A stretch of 64,000 nucleotides of DNA from Alphaproteobacteria bacterium (GTDB lineage: Bacteria; Pseudomonadota; Alphaproteobacteria; Rickettsiales; UBA8987), in contig JANPLD010000010.1 in assembly GCA_031426355.1 (NCBI GenBank), positions 14,968 through 78,967 of the forward strand, written 5' to 3'. Positions within the stretch are counted from its first letter, which is position 1, and each line of letters begins with the position of its first letter. The translations under genes and the position numbers were made by a program. Under the pieces are notes generated by a model. That model was not told where the DNA came from. It did no database searches and saw only the letters and a program-made list of their open reading frames with translations. Of this stretch, positions 1 to 9,628 are shown one piece after another.

Positions 1-670
1 CAGATATGGCTGGGTGAAAGATTATCAGGGCAAATATCATTGCACATTATTCATTCAGAATGGGCGCTTAAAAGGCAAGCAGAAAGAAGGTCTGGCAGAA
101 ATAGCGAAAATTCTGAAAGGTGAATTCCGCATGACTTGCAATCAGAACGTAATTATCTCAAATATTGATGAGAAGGATAAACCGCAAATAGAAAAAATGC
201 TTAAAGACTATGATCTTGATTCTTTCGATCAATCCGGCCTCCGTCGCAATTCAATGGCTTGTGTTGCGCTTCCGACCTGCGGTTTAGCGTTAGCTGAAAG
301 TGAGAGATATCTTCCTGATCTGGTAACCGAGCTTGAAGGTGAATTTGAAAAAGCTGGCGTTGGGCAAGATGATGTAGTTATAAGAATGACAGGGTGCCCG
401 AACGGTTGCGCCCGCCCATACCTTGCAGAAATTGGCCTTGTTGGTACAAACCCGGGTAAATATAATTTATATCTGGGTGCTGCACATGATGGCTCCCGTC
501 TCAACAAGATTTACAAAAAAGATATCGAAGGTGTAAAGGTTAAGGAAGCCCTTTCTCCTATCATTCAGGCTTATGCAAAAGAAAAAAGTAAAGATGAACG
601 CTTCGGCGATTTTACCATCCGCAAAGGTTATGTGAAGGCAACTACAGCAGGAAATAATTTCCATAATTAA
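1..670 (+). CDS. cysI: Assimilatory sulfite reductase hemoprotein, C-terminal part (5' end lies outside the window)
   Basis: The frame is open from nt 2 (RYGW precedes the listed GTG at 14). The motif TGCPNGCARPYLAEIGLVG..YNLYLGA matches the siroheme/4Fe-4S cysteine-cluster region of sulfite/nitrite reductase hemoproteins. Confidence 0.8.
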   Translation, partial: RYGWVKDYQGKYHCTLFIQNGRLKGKQKEGLAEIAKILKGEFRMTCNQNVIISNIDEKDKPQIEKMLKDYDLDSFDQSGLRRNSMACVALPTCGLALAESERYLPDLVTELEGEFEKAGVGQDDVVIRMTGCPNGCARPYLAEIGLVGTNPGKYNLYLGAAHDGSRLNKIYKKDIEGVKVKEALSPIIQAYAKEKSKDERFGDFTIRKGYVKATTAGNNFHN

Positions 671-681
671 AGTTCTACAGT

Positions 682-1065
682 ATGCCGGCAGAATTAATGA
701 AATACCTACAATTTGCTCCGCTTGTTACGATTATTTTGGGTTATTTTTTTTATAATTCATATCTAAATGAAAAAGAAGCAAAAGAAGCTATTAAGAATTA
801 TATTAATAAAACAAAATACAAATTAATAAAAATTGAAAAAGTTGGTTTTTTCGATAAAGAATGCCCTTTTCCGCAGTTCTCAATAACTAGCAAATCCCTC
901 ATAAGAACGCCAATTGGAAATAGTTATGATGGATGTTCAATTAGTAAAAAAATTACTATAAAAAAGGGAAATTCGGAAGAAAAAATAGTTTACGCTAATT
1001 ATGATTTGAGTGGCTCAGGTATTTTTAAAAAACCGCAACTATACTTTGTTCCTTCTGTAGATTAA
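682..1065 (+). CDS. Hypothetical protein with one N-terminal hydrophobic segment
   Basis: ORF only. It has the hydrophobic stretch FAPLVTIILGYFFY, is more AT-rich by eye than its neighbours, and matches no family I recognise. Confidence 0.4.
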   Translation: MPAELMKYLQFAPLVTIILGYFFYNSYLNEKEAKEAIKNYINKTKYKLIKIEKVGFFDKECPFPQFSITSKSLIRTPIGNSYDGCSISKKITIKKGNSEEKIVYANYDLSGSGIFKKPQLYFVPSVD

Positions 1066-1069
1066 TAAT

Positions 1070-1855
1070 ATGACACTTCCGGTATTTTTCATTTCCCACG
1101 GTGCGCCAAACCTAGTTCTGGATGAAAATAATAATGCCGCTAAATATCTTAGGGAAAGTGAAGTTTTCTCAAAATTAAAACCAAAAAATATCCTGATAGT
1201 TTCAGCTCATTGGGAGGCAGAAATATTAAGTATTACAGGTTCCGATAAACCAGAGCTAATATATGACTTTCATGGGTTCCAGGAGGAATTATATCAAATA
1301 AAATATCCTGTCTCAGGTAGTAAAAGTTTGGCAGATAAAGTCAATAAATTGCTGAAAGATAATCACTGCCAGTCAAAGATAGATGAGGGTAGGGGTCTTG
1401 ACCACGGTGTCTGGGTTCCTTTAAAATTGATGTTTCCTAATGCCAATATTCCTATAGTTCAGTTATCCCTTAAGTCTCACCAGTCACCAAAATATCATTA
1501 TGATCTCGGCAGGTTATTTAAAAGCTCATTTGATGAAACCCTTATAATAGGTTCAGGTTCTGCCACCCATAATTTGCGGGAGATAAAAAGCTTCAATCAT
1601 GATTCTGAAACTCCTGAATGGGTTTCAAGCTTTGCTGAATGGATGGAGCAAAAAATTGCAGAAGGAGATATAGAATCACTTTTGGAATATAGAAAGTTTG
1701 CACCTCATGCTGTTAAAAATCACTCAACTGAAGATCATATACTGCCATTGTTTTTCGCTCTAGGTGCTGCTGGATTCCCTGAAAAGAAAATGGAAAGGAT
1801 TCATGCTTCCTATAATTTCGGTGTTCTAGCTATGGATATATACGGTTCTATTTGA
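1070..1855 (+). CDS. ygiD: Class III extradiol dioxygenase, 4,5-DOPA dioxygenase (YgiD/LigB) family
   Basis: 261 aa with FISHGAPN near the N-terminus, then SAHWE, YDFHGF, RGLDHGVWVPL and GSGSATHNL, which is the typical YgiD-family pattern. Confidence 0.7.
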   Translation: MTLPVFFISHGAPNLVLDENNNAAKYLRESEVFSKLKPKNILIVSAHWEAEILSITGSDKPELIYDFHGFQEELYQIKYPVSGSKSLADKVNKLLKDNHCQSKIDEGRGLDHGVWVPLKLMFPNANIPIVQLSLKSHQSPKYHYDLGRLFKSSFDETLIIGSGSATHNLREIKSFNHDSETPEWVSSFAEWMEQKIAEGDIESLLEYRKFAPHAVKNHSTEDHILPLFFALGAAGFPEKKMERIHASYNFGVLAMDIYGSI

Positions 1856-1857
1856 GC

Positions 1858-2376
1858 TTAGAACGGTATATCATCATCGATCATATCGTTGGAATTATTT
1901 TGCGGATAATTGTTTTTTGAGACGCCTTTATTTTCGCTTCTTCCGCCGCCGTTACCACCGCCATTTCCTCCATAATCATTATTGTTGCTGTATCCACCGC
2001 CACCGCCAACTGCGCCTTCACTTGCAGTTCTATCAAGCATTGTGATGTTACAGTTGTAGCCTTGTAATATTATTTCGGTAGAATATCTGTCCTGACCGTT
2101 CTGGTCCTGCCATTTTCGTGTCTGTAATTGTCCTTCAACAAAAACTTTACTACCCTTCTTCATATAATTTTTTATTACCCCAACCAGTCCTGGGTTAAAG
2201 CAGGCAACTCTGTGCCATTCTGTCTTTTCTCTTTTTTCGCCGGACTGCTTATCTGTCCAGCTCTCATTTGTTGCAACTACGAAATTTGCTACTTCCCTGC
2301 CATCACCTGTTGTGCGTATTTCCGGGTCTTTACCGAGATTACCAATTATCATTACTTTATTAAGACTTCCTGACAT
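1858..2376 (-). CDS. ssb: Single-stranded DNA-binding protein
   Basis: OB-fold N-terminus ([23 protein letters not shown]), Gly-rich linker and the canonical acidic tail DDDIPF. I chose the internal ATG at 2376 (MSGSLNK) because GAGGG lies 5-9 nt upstream; the listed ORF start at 2412 is less likely. Confidence 0.9.
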   Translation of the reverse strand: MSGSLNKVMIIGNLGKDPEIRTTGDGREVANFVVATNESWTDKQSGEKREKTEWHRVACFNPGLVGVIKNYMKKGSKVFVEGQLQTRKWQDQNGQDRYSTEIILQGYNCNITMLDRTASEGAVGGGGGYSNNNDYGGNGGGNGGGRSENKGVSKNNYPQNNSNDMIDDDIPF

Positions 2377-2482
2377 ATTTCCCTCTATTATATAATTTAA
2401 GGAACAATACATTCAGGTTTTTGCGAAGTAAATAAATTAAACCATTTCGGTTTTTTTATTTTATTTTGATTTATCCCTGTGC

Positions 2483-2851
2483 TTAGTTTTCTTCAGTGAT
2501 AATGGAGCGCAAAAGATTTTTAACCGCATCCATTTTATTTTTACTAATATTTGAAAGCAACAAGGCAATCTCCTCGGAGTCTTCCGAGATATAATTTTTA
2601 CCATCTTCCCTTAAGACACTTTTTACATCTAAATCATTATAGAAATAATTGATATCCACTTTTAAGATTTTAGATATCTCACTCAGGCGTGATGCGGTGA
2701 TTCTGTTTATTCCATTTTCATATTTCTGTAATTGCTGGTGAGTAATGTGTAATTTATGTGCAAGATCCTTTCTTGTAAGGCGTAATGCCTTTCTTGCTTT
2801 CACTATCTTTTCCCCAATAGCTATGTCTAACTCAGTAATAGTTTTTGCCAT
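2483..2851 (-). CDS. XRE-family helix-turn-helix transcriptional regulator
   Basis: HTH_3-like segment LRLTRKDLAHKLHITHQQLQKYENGINRITASRLSEISKIL in the N-terminal half, followed by an uncharacterised ~50-aa C-terminal tail. Confidence 0.8.
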   Translation of the reverse strand: MAKTITELDIAIGEKIVKARKALRLTRKDLAHKLHITHQQLQKYENGINRITASRLSEISKILKVDINYFYNDLDVKSVLREDGKNYISEDSEEIALLLSNISKNKMDAVKNLLRSIITEEN

Positions 2852-2890
2852 ATATAATTAAAAGTTAAATTTCCCTTAATTTTATTATAA

Positions 2891-2905
2891 GCTTTCTTGG
2901 TGCCA
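2891..2905 (-). promoter_or_regulatory. Candidate sigma-54 (-24/-12) promoter upstream of the XRE gene
   Basis: The minus strand reads TGGCAC-CAAGA-AAGC. The -24 box is perfect and the GG-N10-GC spacing is correct, but the -12 box is weak. The element ends 40 nt upstream of the ATG at 2851. Confidence 0.2.
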
Positions 2906-3120
2906 AATTTTATTAAGAGATAACCCATTGATTAATATGGGTAGAAAAAAGTTAAAATTTTAATAAAAGTAAATTATTTCACACTTCTGTTCGAAAATGC
3001 ATAACTGCAAGTTATTGCATGTTCTACTTTGGGTTAATTACCAAAATGAGAAATTCATTTTGGTTCAATTAATATAGGTTGTAATTCTTTTTTAAAAAGA
3101 GCCAGATTAGGCAATATATT

Positions 3121-3149
3121 AAAAGGCTGGGAACAAATCCTAGCCTTTT
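3121..3149 (-). terminator. Hairpin directly downstream of serA (A/T-flanked, potentially bidirectional terminator)
   Basis: AAAAGGCT (3121-3128) pairs perfectly with AGCCTTTT (3142-3149), plus an inner GG/CC pair. It lies 12 nt past the serA stop. Confidence 0.45.
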
Positions 3150-3161
3150 GAATATTAAAAA

Positions 3162-4739
3162 TTAAAACTTTAAAGCTTTAGCTTTAAGAACATTAGGAAG
3201 TTCAGCAAGCTTTTTAACTGTTTCAGCAGATACATCATTATCAACTGCAACAAGCGCAACCGCCTGACCGGACTTTTTATCATTCCTGCCTAAATGGAAG
3301 TTTGCGATATTAACTTTATTATCACCGAGGATTTTACCAATGCCACCAATAAGGCCTGGTTTATCTTCATTCTCAATATAAAGCATAGTAGGAGAGAATG
3401 ATGCTTCAAGGTTCATTCCGCCAACCTGCGCTATACGCGGCTCACTATTAAATATCGTTCCTTTGAAAACAAATTTTTGTCCGCCGGCTTCAAGTGTTAC
3501 TGTAACAAGTGTTTCATAATGTGAGGCAGATGAATTTTTGCTTTCCGTAACTTTGATGTCGCGCTCTTTAGCAACAACAGGCGCGTTAACCATGTTTACA
3601 GTTTCAACAAAGTTCTCAAGTATACCTTTAAGTATTATACTTGTGATAGGCTTAGTGTTAAGCGCCGCAACCGTACCTTCATATTCCAGCGTAATTTTAT
3701 TTATTCCACCTTCAACTATCTGCCCTGCTAATTTGCCAAGTGATTCACCAAGTTTGAGGTAAGGATTTAATTTTGCCGCATCTTCAGCCGATACCGATGC
3801 AACATTCACCGCGTTAGTGATGGAACCTTTCGTAAGGAAATCACAAATTTGCTCAGCAACCTGAACAGCTACATTTTCCTGCGCTTCTGCAGTTGATGCA
3901 CCTAAGTGAGGGGTACATACAACTTGCTCTAATCCAAAGAGTGGGTTTGTAGTCGCTGGTTCAGTTTCAAATACGTCAAAACCTGCGCCTGCTATATGGC
4001 CGGATTTTATAAGTTCTGCCAATGCCGCTTCATCAACTAGGCCGCCGCGCGCGCAGTTAATAATATAAACGCCTTTTTTGGTTTTAGGCAGAGTATCTTT
4101 TGAAAGTATATTTCTTGTAGAATCATTTAATGGAGTGTGAAGGGAAATGAAATCCGCTCTTTTGAGTAGATCTTCAAGTGAAACTTTTTCAAGGTTAAGG
4201 TCTTTCGCTTTTTCATCAGAAAGATATGGATCATAAACCACAACTTTCATTTTAAGGCCTTGCGCCCTGTCAGCTACTATAGAGCCTATATTACCGCAAC
4301 CGATCAATCCCAATGTTTTAAACGCCAGTTCAGAACCCATGAATTTATTCTTTTCCCATTTACCTGCATGGGTAGATGCACTTGCTGCGCCAAGTTGACG
4401 AGCCGTTGCGAACATAAGCGCTATTGCATGTTCAGCTGTAGTGATGGAGTTACCAAAAGGTGTATTCATCACGATAACACCTTTAGCTGTTGCAGATGGT
4501 ATATCAACGTTATCAACGCCTATGCCAGCTCTTCCAACAACTTTAAGTTTTGTCGCCTTTTCAAGTACTGCTTTAGACACTTTAGTTGCAGAGCGTATTG
4601 CCAGACCATCATAATCACCGATGATCTCAAGAAGTTGCTCAGGGGTCAGGCCTGTTTTAACATCAGCCTGTACGCCATTTTTATCAAAAATTTCCTTCGC
4701 TTGTGCAGACAGTTTGTCAGATATAAGAACTTTAGGCAT
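3162..4739 (-). CDS. serA: D-3-phosphoglycerate dehydrogenase (long form with ACT domain)
   Basis: 525 aa with the NAD-binding motif GLIGCGNIGS and the 2-hydroxyacid dehydrogenase signatures (NCARGGLVDE, TPHLGAST). The C-terminal ~130 aa look like intervening plus ACT domains. Confidence 0.9.
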   Translation of the reverse strand: MPKVLISDKLSAQAKEIFDKNGVQADVKTGLTPEQLLEIIGDYDGLAIRSATKVSKAVLEKATKLKVVGRAGIGVDNVDIPSATAKGVIVMNTPFGNSITTAEHAIALMFATARQLGAASASTHAGKWEKNKFMGSELAFKTLGLIGCGNIGSIVADRAQGLKMKVVVYDPYLSDEKAKDLNLEKVSLEDLLKRADFISLHTPLNDSTRNILSKDTLPKTKKGVYIINCARGGLVDEAALAELIKSGHIAGAGFDVFETEPATTNPLFGLEQVVCTPHLGASTAEAQENVAVQVAEQICDFLTKGSITNAVNVASVSAEDAAKLNPYLKLGESLGKLAGQIVEGGINKITLEYEGTVAALNTKPITSIILKGILENFVETVNMVNAPVVAKERDIKVTESKNSSASHYETLVTVTLEAGGQKFVFKGTIFNSEPRIAQVGGMNLEASFSPTMLYIENEDKPGLIGGIGKILGDNKVNIANFHLGRNDKKSGQAVALVAVDNDVSAETVKKLAELPNVLKAKALKF

Positions 4740-4801
4740 TTTTATGTGTATTTTTGTTATGCGCGCTTTATAAAACTTATTAAAATATTTTCAAGTATTG
4801 A

Positions 4802-7702
4802 ATGCTATTACCAAACCCTGCAAACCAAGACCTTCTAAAGCTTAATTTCGGTGAGCTTGAAAAAAGCGTTTCAGCTAAGCCTGAACTAAAACAGAAATTA
4901 TTCTCCGAAGTATCCAAAAAAATACTAACATCAGTATTCGGGAACAGCCCTTATTTAAGCTCTGTAATTCTATCCTTCCCTGAATTCTTTATAGAAATAA
5001 TTGAATCAGGTTTTGAAAATGCATTTCGGAAATTAGTAGGTGAGATCAATGCAATAAGCTTAGAAAATAAAGAAAAACTTTATTCAGATCTAAGGCTCTA
5101 TAAACGTAAGTTTGGCCTTCTGATTGCCCTTGGTGAAATAACGCATGAGATGAGCGGTGCCGAGGCAATGGAAAAGCTTTCGCAGTTCGCAGATATTTGT
5201 GTGGAGCTATCATCAAAATATCTCCTCCTTAAATTTCATAACGCCAAAATTATAAAACTTAAAAATGAAGTAAACCCTTTTGAGGGTTCGGGCCTTGTTG
5301 TTATCGCGATAGGTAAACTTGGTTCGTATGAGCTTAACTATTCCAGCGATATAGACATTTCCGTCTTTTATGAAGATAACAAAATTGAATATCTCGGCAG
5401 AAAAACCCCACAGCAATTCTACATAGAATTCGCTCAAGAATTAACTGACATATTATCCCGCCGCACTTCCGATGGTTATGTGTTCCGCGTGGACATGAGA
5501 CTCCGCCCGGATCCCGCATCAAACCCTCTGGCAGTATCATTGGAAAAGGCAGAGAAATATTATTTCACTGTCGGCCAGAACTGGGAACGCGCCGCGATGA
5601 TAAAAGCTCGTCTCATTTGCGGTGATGTTGAATCAAACGCAGAATTTTTTTCCTTCATGGATAAGAACGTCTGGCGTAAATCTCTGGATTTTGAAACCAT
5701 TGAAGACATACACTCCATAAAACGCCAGATAGATACAAGGCAAGGCATGCACCCTGATAATCTATATGGATATAATCTTAAAATAGGCAGGGGCGGCATT
5801 CGCGAAATAGAGTTTTATGTACAAACCCAGCAATTGATCTGGGGCGGCAGAAAGCCGATTTTAAGAGAAAAGAAAACCGTTTCAGTTCTGTATATTCTGC
5901 TTGAGCTTGGCGAAATTAAAAAAGAAACTGCCGATGAGCTTGCTGATGCCTATAACTTCCTCCGCAAGGTAGAACACCGCCTGCAGATGATAAATGATGA
6001 GCAGACTCACAAACTCCCAAATACACGGGATAAGATGGAAGCCCTTGCAATATTCTGTAATTTTGATGACGAGAAAGAATTTGTAAACGAGCTGCTTTTA
6101 AAAATTGAAACTGTCAGAAGCCATTATTCAAAATTATTTGAAACCTCGCCATCACTTGCCTCTGATCTCCCCGATGCGATAGGCAGCCTTATCTTTACCG
6201 GTGCGGAGAATCACCCTGATACTATCGAAACCCTATCAAAAATGGGTTTTTATGATGCCAATATGGTTTCAGATATAGTGCGTGGCTGGCACCATGGCAG
6301 ATATAATTGCACTATGAAAAAGCGCTCGCGTGCTGTCCTTACAAAATTAATGCCAGCGATCATTTCCACTTTTGCAAAGTCACCTGATCCGGACATGGCC
6401 TTCATCCGCTTTGATAAATTTTTAAGCCGCCTTCCGGAAGGCAGCCAGATATTCTCAATGCTATATGTTAACCCCAGCATTATGGAACTTCTCGCAGAAG
6501 TTATGGGCGGATATCCTGAAATAGCCGAAAACCTTTCAAGAAATACTGCGCTTCTCGATTACGTTCTCGCACCTGAATTCTATGATACCCTACCTGACCT
6601 TGAAGACCTTGAAGATAAATTACAAAACCACATTGCAAATATTGAAAGCCTTGATGAAATAATTGAGGCGGTAAAAGATTGGGCAAACGACCGAAAATTC
6701 AGGGTAGGGGTTCAATTCATTAAAAATGAGCTTTCGTCGGAAGATCTATTCCTCGCACTTTCAAACATTGCAGAAGCAGTGATAAAAACCCTTATAAAAG
6801 AAGTAGGTAAAGATTTTGAGAGGATATACGGCAAAACAACAGGCGGAAAATTTGCCTGTATAGTTCTAGGAAAATTCGGCTCCCGTGAGCTTACTTTCCA
6901 GTCTGACCTTGATATATTCTTCATCTATGATTTTTCTGAGGAAGAGGAATTCAATTCCAATATTGATGCCGCTACTTATTATATCAGGCTCGCCAATAAA
7001 ATAGTTTTTGCCCTTTCAGCCATTACCAGAACCGGCAGATTATATGAAGTTGATCTTCGCCTAAGACCACTCGGTGAAAGCGGGCCGATCGCAACATCAT
7101 TCAAAACTTTTGATGAGTATTATAACCCTAATAAAAAAGAAGGCTCTGCCTGGGTCTGGGAATATATGACACTCACCCGTGCACGCGTTATTTCTGTTAA
7201 TGAAGATTTTCAGTCCGACGTTTCAAATTTGATCACCAAAAAACTCACCCATAAATGGGATAGTGATTTCCTGCAGAAAGAGGCAGGGTTCATATACAAA
7301 AAGTTCCGTGAACATCGTAATAAAAAGAAAACCGGAAAGCTCGATGTAAAAAATTCCACAGGGGGGATATTCGATCTGGAATTTATGTTAAGGTTTTTGC
7401 AGCTTAAAAATATGTTTGAATATCCTGATATATATTCACCCTCAACTGTTCAGGCGATAAAAAGCCTTGGTGAAAAGAATGTTATAAATGATCAGGAGTT
7501 ACAAGAGCTTCAAAAAGCTTTCAATCTACTCACAAATGTTCAGAATATCCTGCGTATTACCTCTGAAAGCAAGGTAACCGGCTATACCGAAGATGTACTA
7601 TGTAAAATAACATCTTCGCAAAATATGCTTGATCTAAACAAAAAACTTGAGTTTGCCATGACAACAGTTAAAAATCTCTTTAATAAATACCTTAATTTTT
7701 AA
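4802..7702 (+). CDS. glnE: Bifunctional glutamine synthetase adenylyltransferase / adenylyl-removing enzyme
   Basis: 966 aa with two nucleotidyltransferase modules (GKLGSYELNYSSDIDISVFY..FRVDMRLRPD and GKFGSRELTFQSDLDIFFIY..YEVDLRLRP), which is the characteristic GlnE duplication. Confidence 0.85.
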   Translation: MLLPNPANQDLLKLNFGELEKSVSAKPELKQKLFSEVSKKILTSVFGNSPYLSSVILSFPEFFIEIIESGFENAFRKLVGEINAISLENKEKLYSDLRLYKRKFGLLIALGEITHEMSGAEAMEKLSQFADICVELSSKYLLLKFHNAKIIKLKNEVNPFEGSGLVVIAIGKLGSYELNYSSDIDISVFYEDNKIEYLGRKTPQQFYIEFAQELTDILSRRTSDGYVFRVDMRLRPDPASNPLAVSLEKAEKYYFTVGQNWERAAMIKARLICGDVESNAEFFSFMDKNVWRKSLDFETIEDIHSIKRQIDTRQGMHPDNLYGYNLKIGRGGIREIEFYVQTQQLIWGGRKPILREKKTVSVLYILLELGEIKKETADELADAYNFLRKVEHRLQMINDEQTHKLPNTRDKMEALAIFCNFDDEKEFVNELLLKIETVRSHYSKLFETSPSLASDLPDAIGSLIFTGAENHPDTIETLSKMGFYDANMVSDIVRGWHHGRYNCTMKKRSRAVLTKLMPAIISTFAKSPDPDMAFIRFDKFLSRLPEGSQIFSMLYVNPSIMELLAEVMGGYPEIAENLSRNTALLDYVLAPEFYDTLPDLEDLEDKLQNHIANIESLDEIIEAVKDWANDRKFRVGVQFIKNELSSEDLFLALSNIAEAVIKTLIKEVGKDFERIYGKTTGGKFACIVLGKFGSRELTFQSDLDIFFIYDFSEEEEFNSNIDAATYYIRLANKIVFALSAITRTGRLYEVDLRLRPLGESGPIATSFKTFDEYYNPNKKEGSAWVWEYMTLTRARVISVNEDFQSDVSNLITKKLTHKWDSDFLQKEAGFIYKKFREHRNKKKTGKLDVKNSTGGIFDLEFMLRFLQLKNMFEYPDIYSPSTVQAIKSLGEKNVINDQELQELQKAFNLLTNVQNILRITSESKVTGYTEDVLCKITSSQNMLDLNKKLEFAMTTVKNLFNKYLNF

Positions 7703-7707
7703 TTTAC

Positions 7708-8193
7708 ATGGCTCAGGATACAGAACTCAAAGAAGGCAATTTCGCCCCGGATTTTACATTAGATACTGATGGTTACGGTAAAATGACCCTTTCATCCTTC
7801 AGGGGCAAAAAATTCGTCGTACTTTATTTTTACCCTAAGGATGATACTCCAGGTTGTACTTTGGAAGCTAAGGATTTTTCAGATAAAATAGTCCAGTTCG
7901 AAGGTAACGATGCTGTCGTGATCGGCGTTTCGAAAGACCCTGTTTCTTCCCACGATAAATTCAAGGAAAAATACTGCCTTTCATTCACCTTGGCTTCTGA
8001 TGCCAATTCAACTGTATGTGAAGCCTATGATACATGGGTTGAAAAAAGCATGTACGGTAAGAAATATATGGGCATCCAGAGGGATACTTTCCTCATAGAT
8101 AAAACCGGAAAGATCCGCCGCATCTGGCGCAAGGTTAAAGTTGAAGGGCATTGCGATGAGGTTCTTAACGCGGTAAGGCAACTCCGCACTTAA
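7708..8193 (+). CDS. bcp: Thioredoxin-dependent peroxiredoxin, Bcp type
   Basis: 161 aa with FYPKDDTPGCTLEA, the peroxidatic-Cys motif of Bcp/PrxQ. Confidence 0.85.
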   Translation: MAQDTELKEGNFAPDFTLDTDGYGKMTLSSFRGKKFVVLYFYPKDDTPGCTLEAKDFSDKIVQFEGNDAVVIGVSKDPVSSHDKFKEKYCLSFTLASDANSTVCEAYDTWVEKSMYGKKYMGIQRDTFLIDKTGKIRRIWRKVKVEGHCDEVLNAVRQLRT

Positions 8194-8220
8194 TTTACAA
8201 ATATTAATACATAGTCTTTA

Positions 8221-9570
8221 GTGTCTAAACTTTTTGGAACAGATGGTATCAGGGGAATGAGCAATATATTCCCGATGGACGCAGAAACTTCACTCCGCGT
8301 TGGTATGGCCGCAGGTGCATATTTCACTAATGGTGAACATAAGCACAGGGTTATAATCGGTAAAGACACCCGCAGATCAAGCTATATGATAGAATATGCC
8401 CTGGCCGCCGGGTTCACTTCTATGGGGATGGAAGTTTTCCTAGTTGGCCCAATGCCAACTCCTGCTGTTGCGCTTATTACAAGAAGCATGCGCGCTGATG
8501 TCGGTGTTATGATATCAGCCTCCCATAATCCATACCACGATAACGGCATAAAATTATTTCAGACCAACGGTCTCAAACTTTCTGATGAGGCGGAAAGTGA
8601 AATAGAAAAACTGGTGAATTCTGATCTCTCAAAATACAAAGCCACACCTGAGAAGATCGGCAAAATAAAAAGAATAGATGATGCTCCGGGCAGATATATT
8701 GAATTCGTCAAACAAACCTTCCCGAAAAAAAGTCGCCTTGATGGCCTTAGGATAGCCCTCGACTGTGCCAATGGTGCCGCCTATAAAATCGCTCCGGTGA
8801 TATTATGGGAGCTGGGCGCTGAAGTTATTCCATTCTCAATAAATCCTGATGGTTTCAATATTAATAATGATTGCGGTTCCACCCACCCGCAAAACTTAAG
8901 TGAAAAAGTTCGTGAATTAAAAGCTGATATCGGTATCGCGCTTGATGGTGATGCAGACAGGCTTATAATTGCCGATGAAAAAGGCCGCATCATAGATGGT
9001 GACCAGATAATGGGCGCAATAGCGCAGAACTGGCAGGGTAGGGGAATGATAAAAGGCGGCGGTATAGTTACTACTGTTATGTCCAATATGGGTTTGGAAA
9101 AACATATGGAGTCTATTGGCCTAAAAATGCACCGCACAAAGGTTGGTGACAGATATGTTATGGAAAAAATGCGCGAGATCGGCTGTAATTTAGGCGGCGA
9201 GCAAAGCGGACACATAATATTTAATGATTACACTACCACAGGTGATGGCCTGGTCGCAGCGCTTCAGGTACTTGCTGCGATAGTTGAAAGAAAGGAGCCA
9301 GCAAGCAAAGTTCTGGACGTATTCAAACCCTACCCGCAAGTTCTCAAGAACGTAAAACTCACAAACCAGCCCGCAGACATACTTGAACGTGATGAGATAG
9401 TCAGATCAATAAAACAATCAGAAGACGAACTTGGAAATGAAGGCCGCTTGATAATCAGGAAATCAGGCACCGAGCCACTGATCAGAATAATGGCCGAAGG
9501 CAAAGATTCCATAAAAATAGAAAAGGTCTCAAACACCCTCAAAAAACAATTCGAAGAATTCGCCGCTTGA
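8221..9570 (+). CDS. glmM: Phosphoglucosamine mutase
   Basis: GTG start. N-terminus LFGTDGIRG, phosphoserine loop [13 protein letters not shown], metal site DGDADR, and GEQSGH. Confidence 0.9.
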   Translation: MSKLFGTDGIRGMSNIFPMDAETSLRVGMAAGAYFTNGEHKHRVIIGKDTRRSSYMIEYALAAGFTSMGMEVFLVGPMPTPAVALITRSMRADVGVMISASHNPYHDNGIKLFQTNGLKLSDEAESEIEKLVNSDLSKYKATPEKIGKIKRIDDAPGRYIEFVKQTFPKKSRLDGLRIALDCANGAAYKIAPVILWELGAEVIPFSINPDGFNINNDCGSTHPQNLSEKVRELKADIGIALDGDADRLIIADEKGRIIDGDQIMGAIAQNWQGRGMIKGGGIVTTVMSNMGLEKHMESIGLKMHRTKVGDRYVMEKMREIGCNLGGEQSGHIIFNDYTTTGDGLVAALQVLAAIVERKEPASKVLDVFKPYPQVLKNVKLTNQPADILERDEIVRSIKQSEDELGNEGRLIIRKSGTEPLIRIMAEGKDSIKIEKVSNTLKKQFEEFAA

Positions 9571-9628
9571 TTTTAAGGTGAGTATAAATTCGAATTGAAA
9601 TTGCAGCCAAAAACGAGTATTTTAAATC

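Noticed and set aside
2994-3022. Imperfect palindrome gcataac-tgcaa-gttattgc in the long spacer upstream of the XRE gene, as a possible operator.
   Set aside because: It is short, AT-rich and bulged, and there is no second copy, so it is not distinguishable from chance in AT-rich DNA.
4260-4838. 192-aa ORF antisense to serA. Similar long antisense or overlapping ORFs lie at 16544-16894, 12185-12577, 22370-22822, 28362-28706, 47784-48257, 49477-49818, 49898-50338, 55901-56263, 57064-57453 and 8781-9215.
   Set aside because: Each lies opposite, or out of frame with, a gene that has unmistakable family motifs. Their translations are low-complexity or Cys/Phe/Ser-rich with no motifs, which is typical of shadow ORFs.
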